64,000 bases of DNA, from the IMG/VR virus record IMGVR_UViG_3300044213_000175; one strand, written 5' to 3'. Of this stretch, positions 56,238 to 64,000 are shown in pieces. The stretch comes from an uncultured virus (IMG/VR IMGVR_UViG_3300044213_000175) (Duplodnaviria > Heunggongvirae > Uroviricota > Caudoviricetes). Position 1 is the first letter of the stretch; each line of letters opens with the position of its first letter. Both the position numbers and the translations under genes were made by a program. The notes under the pieces were generated by a model. The model was not told where the DNA came from. It did not search any database and worked only from the letters and a program-made list of their open reading frames with translations.

Positions 56238-57647
56238 ATGATGTTCAAATTTCTTGTAACAGTTCTTGCGGTATGCGGCACATTAGTTGGGTGCGGTGGT
56301 GGGGGCGGCAGTAGCTCTGCTCCAGCATCAACTACACCAGCGTTTGCTTATTCGTCAACCCTGACTGGCAATCTATCAAGTAATGCTGCAAATCCAACTT
56401 TTACTAAATTGGTGACTTTTAGTACGAACTTGGATTACTCATCAGTAACATTGGCTAACGGTAAATTTGGGTCCGCATCTGCCAATTGTGTAGTGACTCA
56501 AGAAACAGCAAGATCTAGTGTGTGGACCAATGGGGACCAAGGATCAAATCCCACTGTACCAAATGCACAAATTTTTGTGTTTTGTCAACAAACCACCGGC
56601 GCATACGCCGAAGTATCACAATCCTTATTCGGACAAAATCTATTTGTTAACGGCGGCTATCCTCTGGTAGGAGATTTTAATAACGACGGAATTGATGATC
56701 TGGTATTGATTAATGCATTCGACAGCAACTATAACAGCACATTCCAATTGGCCGTTATCAGTAGAGGCGAAAATGCAGGATATACACAAACCAATCTTTC
56801 TATATCAAATCTATATAATATCAATCTTTTTGCAACTCAATCAGCAGTCACCGACTTTAATCACGATGGGTGTAAAGATGTGATGATGACCGATCAAAAG
56901 GTGTTAATCGGTGACTGTCACGGCGGATTGGTGCAACAAAATATCACCAGCTCCAGCTCCTTACCCTTAAGTCTGACTTACGCAACAGGAGTTTGTGCTG
57001 GAGATTTTATTGGACGAGGGTCAGACCAATATCTATATATTGATTGGCATAGCACTAACTCTATAGTCGATTATGTTTCGTCTACCATTTATAATTTGCC
57101 TGCGCCATATTGGGATAGTGTTTATGGTACTGGAACTTCACACAATTTTGCCTGCCGTGTTGCAGATATTAATAATGACAGTAAACCCGACATCTTGATC
57201 TTTGAGAGACCGTTGTCAACTGCAACTACTAACACGTGGACGGCTCAAAGCTATGTTCAAGTATTAATCAATAATGGTGCCGGTGTTTTTACAGATCAAA
57301 GCACAACATATTTTAACAACTACAACACTAATACCGGTGGTTCGTATTCGCCGCAGATCATTGACATAAACGGTGATGGCAAGTTGGATTTTGTATTGGA
57401 TGGTCAGTCTTTCAATGGCTTAAACGCCAATGGAAATCAAATTTGGCTAAACAAGTCATCAAACTCTAATATTGTTGCTGGTGACATTCCAAATCTTTAT
57501 CGATCAATCCCTGGCGTTGATACAAGCGTGATAGGTAGTATGTATTTGGTTAAAAGTGGAAATGCTTGGGATTATTTGGTCGAGTATAAGACCACAGACG
57601 GTTATTGGAATTTCGGTATATTTCATACTCAATTTCAATTCAAGTGA
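56238..57647 (+). CDS. lipoprotein with FG-GAP/VCBS-like repeats
   Basis: LVGC lipobox followed by a Gly run; repeated D[FI]NxDGxxD. Confidence 0.85.
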   Translation: MMFKFLVTVLAVCGTLVGCGGGGGSSSAPASTTPAFAYSSTLTGNLSSNAANPTFTKLVTFSTNLDYSSVTLANGKFGSASANCVVTQETARSSVWTNGDQGSNPTVPNAQIFVFCQQTTGAYAEVSQSLFGQNLFVNGGYPLVGDFNNDGIDDLVLINAFDSNYNSTFQLAVISRGENAGYTQTNLSISNLYNINLFATQSAVTDFNHDGCKDVMMTDQKVLIGDCHGGLVQQNITSSSSLPLSLTYATGVCAGDFIGRGSDQYLYIDWHSTNSIVDYVSSTIYNLPAPYWDSVYGTGTSHNFACRVADINNDSKPDILIFERPLSTATTNTWTAQSYVQVLINNGAGVFTDQSTTYFNNYNTNTGGSYSPQIIDINGDGKLDFVLDGQSFNGLNANGNQIWLNKSSNSNIVAGDIPNLYRSIPGVDTSVIGSMYLVKSGNAWDYLVEYKTTDGYWNFGIFHTQFQFK

Positions 57648-57688
57648 AACTTGACGAGATCAATTTGTTAATTCTTTAGGGTGATATT

Positions 57689-58153
57689 ATGTTGCTTAAA
57701 CTTTTAGAAAAATTAGATCGTAAACGTATTGTAATGGATCGAGTCAATGATGAACCTTATTTAGAACGCTATTACTTGTTTCTTAAAGACAGGAAAAAAT
57801 TTCCATTTAATATCTTTTTGCATAAATTTTTAAAATCAGATCCTGATGATCTTCATGATCATCCGTGGCCATATTTCACTGTTATTCTCAAAGGCGGTTA
57901 TTGGGAATGGGTTCCACAATTTAACAGTGAAGGCCAAACGACCGGTGAAATTGCCAAATGGCGGGCACCAGGACACTTCCGTTATTGTGCCGCTCATAAC
58001 TTTCATCGTATTGAACTTGACCCCGGTGTAGAATGTTGGACATTGTTTATGCCCGGGCCACAACAAAGGGAATGGGGTTTTGCAACTCGTCAAGGATGGG
58101 TGCAACACGAACAATATCTTAATAATCGTATGTTACTTAAAGGAACAAAATGA
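57689..58153 (+). CDS. cupin-like protein
   Basis: LHDHPW...GGYWE...FHRIEL. Confidence 0.7.
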   Translation: MLLKLLEKLDRKRIVMDRVNDEPYLERYYLFLKDRKKFPFNIFLHKFLKSDPDDLHDHPWPYFTVILKGGYWEWVPQFNSEGQTTGEIAKWRAPGHFRYCAAHNFHRIELDPGVECWTLFMPGPQQREWGFATRQGWVQHEQYLNNRMLLKGTK

Positions 58154-58770
58154 GCTTAGTACCAATGGTGCTGGAACGAACCGGCAATAGTGAACGAGTA
58201 ATGGACTTGTATAGTCGATTGATGCGGGAACGTATTATTCTACTAGAAGGCGAAGTACATGATCAAATGGCCAATCTTATTGTAGGTCAACTATTGTATC
58301 TAGAATCAGAAAATCCGGACAAAGATATAACGATGTTTATCAATAGTCCGGGCGGATTAGTAACTGCTGGACTGGCAATCTATGATACTATGCAATTTAT
58401 CAAATGCGATGTTGCAACATATGTAATGGGTCAAGCGGCAAGTATGGGTTCTTTTTTGGCTCAAGCCGGTGCAAAAGGTAAAAGGTTTGTATTGCCGAAT
58501 AGTAGAACAATGATTCATCGTGTAAGCTCTGGCACTCCCAGTACTCGAGGCAGTGTTCACGTTCAAGAATTGCAGTTCGAAGATGCAAAACGATCTTTTG
58601 AAGAAAGCCAACGTTTGAATCAGCGACTTACTGAGCTGTATGTTAAACATAACTCTAAAGAAAAGACATATGAAGAATTGTTTGAAACTATGAAGTTTGA
58701 CACTTTCCTTTCAGCCGACGAAGCTGTGGCCTACGGCCTTGCTGACGAAATTATAGAAAGACGCAAATGA
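58150..58770 (+). CDS. clpP: ClpP protease
   Basis: INSPGG, AASMG and MIH. Confidence 0.93.
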   Translation: MSLVPMVLERTGNSERVMDLYSRLMRERIILLEGEVHDQMANLIVGQLLYLESENPDKDITMFINSPGGLVTAGLAIYDTMQFIKCDVATYVMGQAASMGSFLAQAGAKGKRFVLPNSRTMIHRVSSGTPSTRGSVHVQELQFEDAKRSFEESQRLNQRLTELYVKHNSKEKTYEELFETMKFDTFLSADEAVAYGLADEIIERRK

Positions 58771-59342
58771 AAACCACCATCATCAATCAAGAACAGTGCC
58801 ATAACCTGGTTCATAAATTGATCAGAGAGATCACCAGCAGTCAATGGCGTCCAGATTACATTGTAGGTATAAACCCGGGCGGGCTTTATCCTGCTTTATT
58901 GATCAGCCAATACTTGAACGTGCCATTAAAAACATTGGAAGTCAATTTGAAAACCGGGTCTACAGTCTGCGACTGCGGGATGGCAGAAGATGCATTTGGT
59001 CCCTCCGAGTCCGACAGATTTGTGGAAGAAGATGCAGGTGCGGTGTCAGAAGCTGCTAGCAATTTGTTAGGAGATGGGGATATCAACACCAATATTCTTT
59101 TAGTAAAAGATATTAATGAGTCAGGTGATACATTTAACTGGATTTTAAATGATTGGCCTTCCCTTTGTTTTCCAAATGATCCTCGTTGGCAAAATGTATG
59201 GAACAACAATGTGCGATTTGCAGTATTGCTAGATAATCTTTCCAGTAACTGCAAAGTTGAAATGGACTATGCAGGTCTAGAAATTAATAAAAACGAAAAC
59301 CCACAACAGGTAATTTTTCACTGGGAACATTGGTGGGAATAA
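58767..59342 (+). CDS. type I phosphoribosyltransferase-like protein (divergent)
   Basis: [22 protein letters not shown]. Confidence 0.7.
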   Translation: MKTTIINQEQCHNLVHKLIREITSSQWRPDYIVGINPGGLYPALLISQYLNVPLKTLEVNLKTGSTVCDCGMAEDAFGPSESDRFVEEDAGAVSEAASNLLGDGDINTNILLVKDINESGDTFNWILNDWPSLCFPNDPRWQNVWNNNVRFAVLLDNLSSNCKVEMDYAGLEINKNENPQQVIFHWEHWWE

Positions 59343-59364
59343 ATATTTATTAATATAAACAAAC

Positions 59365-59428
59365 GCGGCCTTGGCTTCATCCCGCTTTACAAACTCTGCC
59401 AGCCTATGCTAAAATTTAACATAGGAGG
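59365..59428 (+). ncRNA. candidate preQ1-I-like riboswitch
   Basis: H-type pseudoknot plus RBS-occluding hairpin in the queD leader. Confidence 0.55.
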
Positions 59429-59434
59429 AACAGC

Positions 59435-59980
59435 ATGTCAGACGATTTTAACAGTATACAGAACGATTATAGACAATACATCCAACATCCAGTTCAATAC
59501 AAGTATACTTCAACAAAAGAATACCACGATGCATTTCCATGCGCTTATCGTCAATGGAGAGCAGACAGTCATTGTAATTTGATTCATGGTTATAGTTTCA
59601 GTATGAAGTTTTACTTTGGCACTGATGACCTTGATGTACGTAACTGGGCCGCAGACTATGGCGGACTTAAAGAACTTAAAAAGGTCTTGGAAGACCAATT
59701 CGATCATACCCTGATTGTAGCCGCCGATGACCCCGAGATGGAGACATTCAAACTGCTCGAAGCAAAGAAGATGGCCAAGATCGTCGTCCTACCTCGATTG
59801 GGGTGTGAGGGACTTAGCGATATGCTATACAAGTATGTAAATGGTGTTTATATTCCCGAGATGTGGGGGCCAAGCGAAGCGGCTCGTTTATGGTGCTATC
59901 GCGTAGAAGTACGCGAGACTCAAAGTAATATGGCATTTCGTGAGGGTCATAGATGTTGGGGAGAAGACCTTTTTGCGTGA
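59435..59980 (+). CDS. queD: 6-carboxytetrahydropterin synthase (QueD/PTPS family)
   Basis: CNLIHGY, DYGGLK, FDH, CE and VEVRET. Confidence 0.88.
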   Translation: MSDDFNSIQNDYRQYIQHPVQYKYTSTKEYHDAFPCAYRQWRADSHCNLIHGYSFSMKFYFGTDDLDVRNWAADYGGLKELKKVLEDQFDHTLIVAADDPEMETFKLLEAKKMAKIVVLPRLGCEGLSDMLYKYVNGVYIPEMWGPSEAARLWCYRVEVRETQSNMAFREGHRCWGEDLFA

Positions 59981-60194
59981 TTTTAATTTGGCACATATAG
60001 ACGGCAACGAGTTAAATCCGGACAAGATTTATATGAAGTTAGATACACAAATCATTCATAATACAACCAGCGTCAATAACACAAATAGTATTATGATTGA
60101 TAAACGATCCGCGAAAGTGTTATCACATTGGTTCAGGCACGCCGCAGAACTAATGGATGAATGGTATAAGGAAGATAATGGGGTTAAAGAATGA
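59940..60194 (+). CDS. hypothetical protein (start uncertain)
   Basis: Fills the gap; stop coupled to the next gene. Confidence 0.5.
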   Translation: MRVIDVGEKTFLRDFNLAHIDGNELNPDKIYMKLDTQIIHNTTSVNNTNSIMIDKRSAKVLSHWFRHAAELMDEWYKEDNGVKE

Positions 60195-60511
60195 ACTACC
60201 ACGCACACATCTACTGGCGAAATGCCGCAGAGCGTGAACGAGCAATGTCTCTACGTGAATGGTTGACCGAGCAAGGCTGCGAAATGGGCCGCGTGTGGGA
60301 TCAAGCAATTGGCCCACATACCGAAGCAATGTATCAAGTTATTTACGATAGTTACAATAAAGATCTCGTTGAGAAGTTTCTAAAAGTAAACAGAGACAAT
60401 AACAGTATCTTGTTACACGAAGCCATTAACGATGACCTGCGTGATCATACCGAAGGTGCACGTTGGCTAGGTGAAGAACTACCTCTTAAACTTTACGTGT
60501 TTAATGAATGA
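60191..60511 (+). CDS. DOPA 4,5-dioxygenase-family protein
   Basis: YHAHIY, IGPH, ILLH and DHT...WLG. Confidence 0.85.
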   Translation: MNYHAHIYWRNAAERERAMSLREWLTEQGCEMGRVWDQAIGPHTEAMYQVIYDSYNKDLVEKFLKVNRDNNSILLHEAINDDLRDHTEGARWLGEELPLKLYVFNE

Positions 60512-60870
60512 TCGATCGCACAGAACTGATACAGATGCTGATCAAGGCCGCGTGTTTCTCGCCCGTCGCCAACAAAAATATTGGTATTGTGGTTCCTTCG
60601 TTCAGCGAAGCAAAGCGATTCACAACGGACTTTGGCATAGTACTAGATGAGGTTCCCAAGTGGTTGAGACCATCGCTTTTTCGATATGGTGTGAGAAGAA
60701 TAGAATTCGATAACTACTTTAACATTCACTTGCTGTACAGTCCCAGTGCTTCACAAGGTAGGACTATGAATTACTTGTACGCAAGTTCAAGAATAACAGA
60801 AGAAGAGTTGGCACCTCATTGCTTCACCTTGCTAATAACAAACGGATACGAAACTTTTAACGATGAATAA
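60508..60870 (+). CDS. hypothetical protein
   Basis: ATGA-coupled ORF. Confidence 0.65.
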   Translation: MIDRTELIQMLIKAACFSPVANKNIGIVVPSFSEAKRFTTDFGIVLDEVPKWLRPSLFRYGVRRIEFDNYFNIHLLYSPSASQGRTMNYLYASSRITEEELAPHCFTLLITNGYETFNDE

Positions 60871-61021
60871 ATTCTGGAGACTATGGGCAAAAGCACTAGG
60901 TGAAAAATCGGGCAATACAGATGCTGAATCAGATCTTATTGCTTGCATTCGTAGCCTAATAGTGCTATGCTATATAACAACAAACGTCTTTATTATTTTA
61001 GGCGTGATAAGGCATTGGTAA
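60863..61021 (+). CDS. small membrane protein (WRLWAKALGEK), not in ORF track
   Basis: Manual translation, 52 aa. Confidence 0.65.
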   Translation: MNKFWRLWAKALGEKSGNTDAESDLIACIRSLIVLCYITTNVFIILGVIRHW

Positions 61022-61022
61022 T

Positions 61023-61355
61023 ATGAAATTAAATATATATGATGTGGGCGGGGAAGTTGTCAAAGACAACGAAACCTATGTACTCAAAGATAACAAAACT
61101 CTTAAAAACTTAATCTTAAGTTCTACGGAATTACACCCCGGTCAAAGCACACGGGGCCACAGGCACGCGGGGCAAGAAGAAGTTTACTACTTTGTCAGCG
61201 GGACAGGTCAAATGGAATTAGATGCCCGGGTGTTTAACGTTCAAGGTGGAGATGTCGTTCTAATAGAGGATGGTGTATTTCACCGTGTACATAATAAAAA
61301 TCTCAACACACCTTTATATTTTGTATGTGTGTTTGATGGATCAAGGAATCATTAA
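61023..61355 (+). CDS. cupin-2 protein
   Basis: GHRHAGQEEVYYFVSG...FHRVHN. Confidence 0.85.
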   Translation: MKLNIYDVGGEVVKDNETYVLKDNKTLKNLILSSTELHPGQSTRGHRHAGQEEVYYFVSGTGQMELDARVFNVQGGDVVLIEDGVFHRVHNKNLNTPLYFVCVFDGSRNH

Positions 61356-61366
61356 TAAAATCAAAA

Positions 61367-61642
61367 ATGAATAGTAAAATAGAAGAAGCACTGAATATCT
61401 TACAAGAAGAATGCGCTGAAGTTGTGCAGGCCGTCAGTAAATGTCGCCGTTTTGGTCCGAACAACCACAAGCCCAATAAACCAAAAACCAATGTAGAATG
61501 TCTTGAAGAAGAAATTGGTGATTTATTGGCCATGGTCGACATACTTGTAGACGCCGGATTTATTAACCTTGACAATCTACATAAAGCAAAGTATAATAAG
61601 ATTGAAAAACTAAAAGTTTGGTCAAATATATTCAAGGATTAA
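61367..61642 (+). CDS. MazG-like pyrophosphohydrolase
   Basis: QEECAEV...EEIGDL. Confidence 0.8.
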   Translation: MNSKIEEALNILQEECAEVVQAVSKCRRFGPNNHKPNKPKTNVECLEEEIGDLLAMVDILVDAGFINLDNLHKAKYNKIEKLKVWSNIFKD

Positions 61643-61643
61643 C

Positions 61644-62528
61644 ATGTTCGGAACTAATACTATTATAGGAAAGCGTTTTTTCAAGGATGCCCCCGAGGAC
61701 AGCCTATTTGTAACCAGTATGTTTTTTACGCTACAAGGCGAAGGACCATATGCCGGTATGCCGGCACTATTCATCCGCTTGGCTAAGTGCAATTTAGATT
61801 GCAGTTTTTGTGACACATTTTTTGACGATGGCGATTGGATGACTTTCGATGAACTCGATTCAAAAATCGACGATACAATTGATTCTTTCTGGACTAGCAA
61901 GAGTAAAACGGTTCCGGGTTGGGCACGAACAACGAAACTAGCAGGCAAAAAATATCCGGGGGTTGTGTTAGTAATGACAGGCGGCGAGCCCTTGCTACAA
62001 GAAAACATCAGCGATTTCATGACATATCAGTTGAACAACTTCAAGGCTGTGCAAGTAGAAAGCAACGGTATCCCTGATACGATAGTTCCAGAAGGGGTTA
62101 CGTTAGTTTGTAGTCCAAAATGCATTGAAAAGGACGGTCGAGCTATTAAATATCTTGCACCTAGTAAAACAATTTTAGAACGTGCAGATTGCTTAAAATT
62201 CGTAATAACTGCTGATCCCACATCACCGTATAACACTATACCAGACTGGGCATTGGAATGGAAGCAGAATAACCCAGAAAAAGAAATCTATTGTAGTCCT
62301 ATGAATATATACAATAGCTTTCCGCAAAAGATTAAACTATTACGTGCAGAAAAAGGTCAAATTACAATGGCCGAACGTAGTACTGTAGATGAAGTTATTA
62401 GTTTTTGGGAGCCAGGCCTACTAAATTTAAAAGAAAATCAAGCCAATCACGAATATGTAGGAAGATACTGTATCGAAAACGGGTGTAAACTTAATTTGCA
62501 ACAACACCTATATGCAAGTTTAGCATAA
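61644..62528 (+). CDS. queE: 7-carboxy-7-deazaguanine synthase
   Basis: TLQGEG, FIRLAKCNLDCSFCDT, TGGEP, ESNG and CSPK. Confidence 0.9.
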   Translation: MFGTNTIIGKRFFKDAPEDSLFVTSMFFTLQGEGPYAGMPALFIRLAKCNLDCSFCDTFFDDGDWMTFDELDSKIDDTIDSFWTSKSKTVPGWARTTKLAGKKYPGVVLVMTGGEPLLQENISDFMTYQLNNFKAVQVESNGIPDTIVPEGVTLVCSPKCIEKDGRAIKYLAPSKTILERADCLKFVITADPTSPYNTIPDWALEWKQNNPEKEIYCSPMNIYNSFPQKIKLLRAEKGQITMAERSTVDEVISFWEPGLLNLKENQANHEYVGRYCIENGCKLNLQQHLYASLA

Positions 62529-62533
62529 CTTAT

Positions 62534-62785
62534 ATGTTTGGAAAAGGTTATATGGATAATGTTCAAGCAAGTCCCCCCGAGGAAGACTGGGGACTAAACA
62601 TGATAAGGACCTGGAATTTAAAACTTTGCTTAGTACCTAAAAAGTGTTTCTTAACAGGAAAACAACTTTGGGGCAAGCAGGCCTACTACGGTGAACTCTG
62701 GATAACCGGACCAGGCGAGCCTGTTGAAGAATATTGGATAGAACGCAATGAATTCCTATTATGGAATTTAGGAAAGGAATATTAA
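62534..62785 (+). CDS. hypothetical protein
   Basis: ORF in operon. Confidence 0.7.
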   Translation: MFGKGYMDNVQASPPEEDWGLNMIRTWNLKLCLVPKKCFLTGKQLWGKQAYYGELWITGPGEPVEEYWIERNEFLLWNLGKEY

Positions 62786-62786
62786 A

Positions 62787-63887
62787 ATGAGTTATTTATT
62801 TACCAGTGAAAGTGTGTCAGAAGGACACCCAGATAAAGTTGCCGATGCCATTAGCGATGCGATTCTGGATTTGGTAATGGTAAAAGAAGATCCAACATTA
62901 CGATGTGCTTGCGAAACATTGGTTACAACTAATATGGTTACTGTTGCAGGAGAGTATAAAGGTATTCTGCATAAAGAGGAAGTAGCAAGCGAAATTCGTA
63001 AAGTGATTAAAAATATCGGTTATGAACAAGAAGGATTCGATTGGCGAACAGTAAAAATTTACAATGAACTCCACGGCCAAAGTGCAGATATTGCATTAGG
63101 AACCGATAACTTTGGCGCAGGCGACCAAGGCCTTATGTTTGGATATGCCTGTAACGAAACAGACACATATATGCCAAGTGCCATCTATTATAGTCATCGT
63201 ATTGTAGAAAAGTTAGCTACGCTTCGTAAAGGAAAAGTTTTTGACTGGTTGGGCCCCGATGCCAAAAGTCAAGTTACGTTTGAATACAATGATGACGGCA
63301 CCCCTAATCGAATTGCTAAAGTTGTTTGTTCAACTCAGCACTCAGCCGATATTGATATCCAAGATGTTCGTATAGGTGTTGCGGAAGTTATTAAAGATGT
63401 TTTACCTCAGGAATATGTGGATCATGACACACAATTCCTTATTAATCCCACTGGGCGATTTGTTATCGGCGGACCCGATGGAGATACCGGTCTCACAGGT
63501 CGGAAAATTATTGTTGATACCTATGGTGGATATAGTCCGCATGGCGGAGGCGCTTTTAGTGGAAAAGACCCTACGAAGGTTGATCGGTCAGCCGCCTATA
63601 TGATGAGATACATTGCCAAGAACATTGTTGCATCAGAACGTGCCCCTTGGGCAACTTGTCAAGTTAGCTATGCAATTGGTTTAAAAGATCCGATGAGTTT
63701 CTATATCGAAACACACGATTCAAAGCTATCACGCCAACTGACAAAATGGGTGCAAGACAATGTAGACTTGACCCCAAAAGGCATTATTGATCGATTTGAT
63801 TTATTCAGACCGATTTATAAATCAACAACAAATTACGGCCACTTTGGTAAAACTTATTTGCCGTGGGAAAATATCGATTTATTTTAA
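62787..63887 (+). CDS. metK: S-adenosylmethionine synthetase
   Basis: FTSESVSEGHPDK, GAGDQG and GGGAFSGKD. Confidence 0.97.
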   Translation: MSYLFTSESVSEGHPDKVADAISDAILDLVMVKEDPTLRCACETLVTTNMVTVAGEYKGILHKEEVASEIRKVIKNIGYEQEGFDWRTVKIYNELHGQSADIALGTDNFGAGDQGLMFGYACNETDTYMPSAIYYSHRIVEKLATLRKGKVFDWLGPDAKSQVTFEYNDDGTPNRIAKVVCSTQHSADIDIQDVRIGVAEVIKDVLPQEYVDHDTQFLINPTGRFVIGGPDGDTGLTGRKIIVDTYGGYSPHGGGAFSGKDPTKVDRSAAYMMRYIAKNIVASERAPWATCQVSYAIGLKDPMSFYIETHDSKLSRQLTKWVQDNVDLTPKGIIDRFDLFRPIYKSTTNYGHFGKTYLPWENIDLF

Positions 63888-63895
63888 GGTGTATT

Positions 63896-64000
63896 ATGGC
63901 AACTGCAAAAAAAGTAACTGCAAAAAAAGTAACTGCAAAAACAGTAACTGCAAAAACAGTAACTGCAAAAAAACCAGCTAAGACTCCTGCAAAACCTGCA
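63896..64000 (+). CDS. 5' part of Lys/Ala-rich (histone H1-like) protein
   Basis: MATAKKVTAKKVTAKTVTAKTVTAKKPAK; runs off the window; AAGG upstream. Confidence 0.7.
   Translation, partial: MATAKKVTAKKVTAKTVTAKTVTAKKPAKTPAKPA
63901..63973 (+). repeat. 15-bp coding tandem repeat AACTGCAAAAAMAGT (~4.9 copies)
   Basis: Directly visible. Confidence 0.9.

Noticed and set aside
63787..63981. ORF with NCKKS repeats
   Set aside because: Alternate-frame reading of the 15-bp repeat; the frame starting at 63896 has an RBS and does not overlap metK.
1..64000. Stop-codon reassignment
   Set aside because: Conserved genes are full length in the standard code and coding density is high.

Overview
This 64-kb window comes from a large, AT-rich dsDNA tailed phage with distant T4-like traits: family-B polymerase, clamp loader, probable clamp, DsbA-like and GroES/gp31-like proteins, and TAAATA late-promoter-like motifs. 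Spanins and sigma70 promoters point to a Gram-negative host, and the IF-1 and ErpA sequences look betaproteobacterial. Genes are dense and almost all on the + strand. In order: (1) small early ORFs, including a ~5-kb array of 21 tightly coupled genes, 20 ending in a shared F-x-L-[RK]-[WY] tail encoded by a recurring junction (TTGAGGTGGTCATGA), with two, possibly three, members carrying N-terminal pieces resembling the T4-type major capsid protein (one matches the Gol peptide); (2) host-like auxiliary genes (IF-1, SOD, ErpA, PhoH, DnaJ, ClpA, ClpP, MetK); (3) two virion genes and a lysis cassette; (4) putative internal head proteins, including a 1101-aa modular protein punctuated by a nucleotide-conserved QGVAE repeat; (5) replication genes; (6) a 7-deazaguanine DNA-modification region (DpdA-like, FolE, QueD, QueE; no QueC seen) interleaved with sugar-tailoring enzymes, with a preQ1-I-like pseudoknot before queD. 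No tRNA, rRNA, CRISPR array, integrase or transposase was recognised. All family calls come from motif recognition by eye, not database searches.
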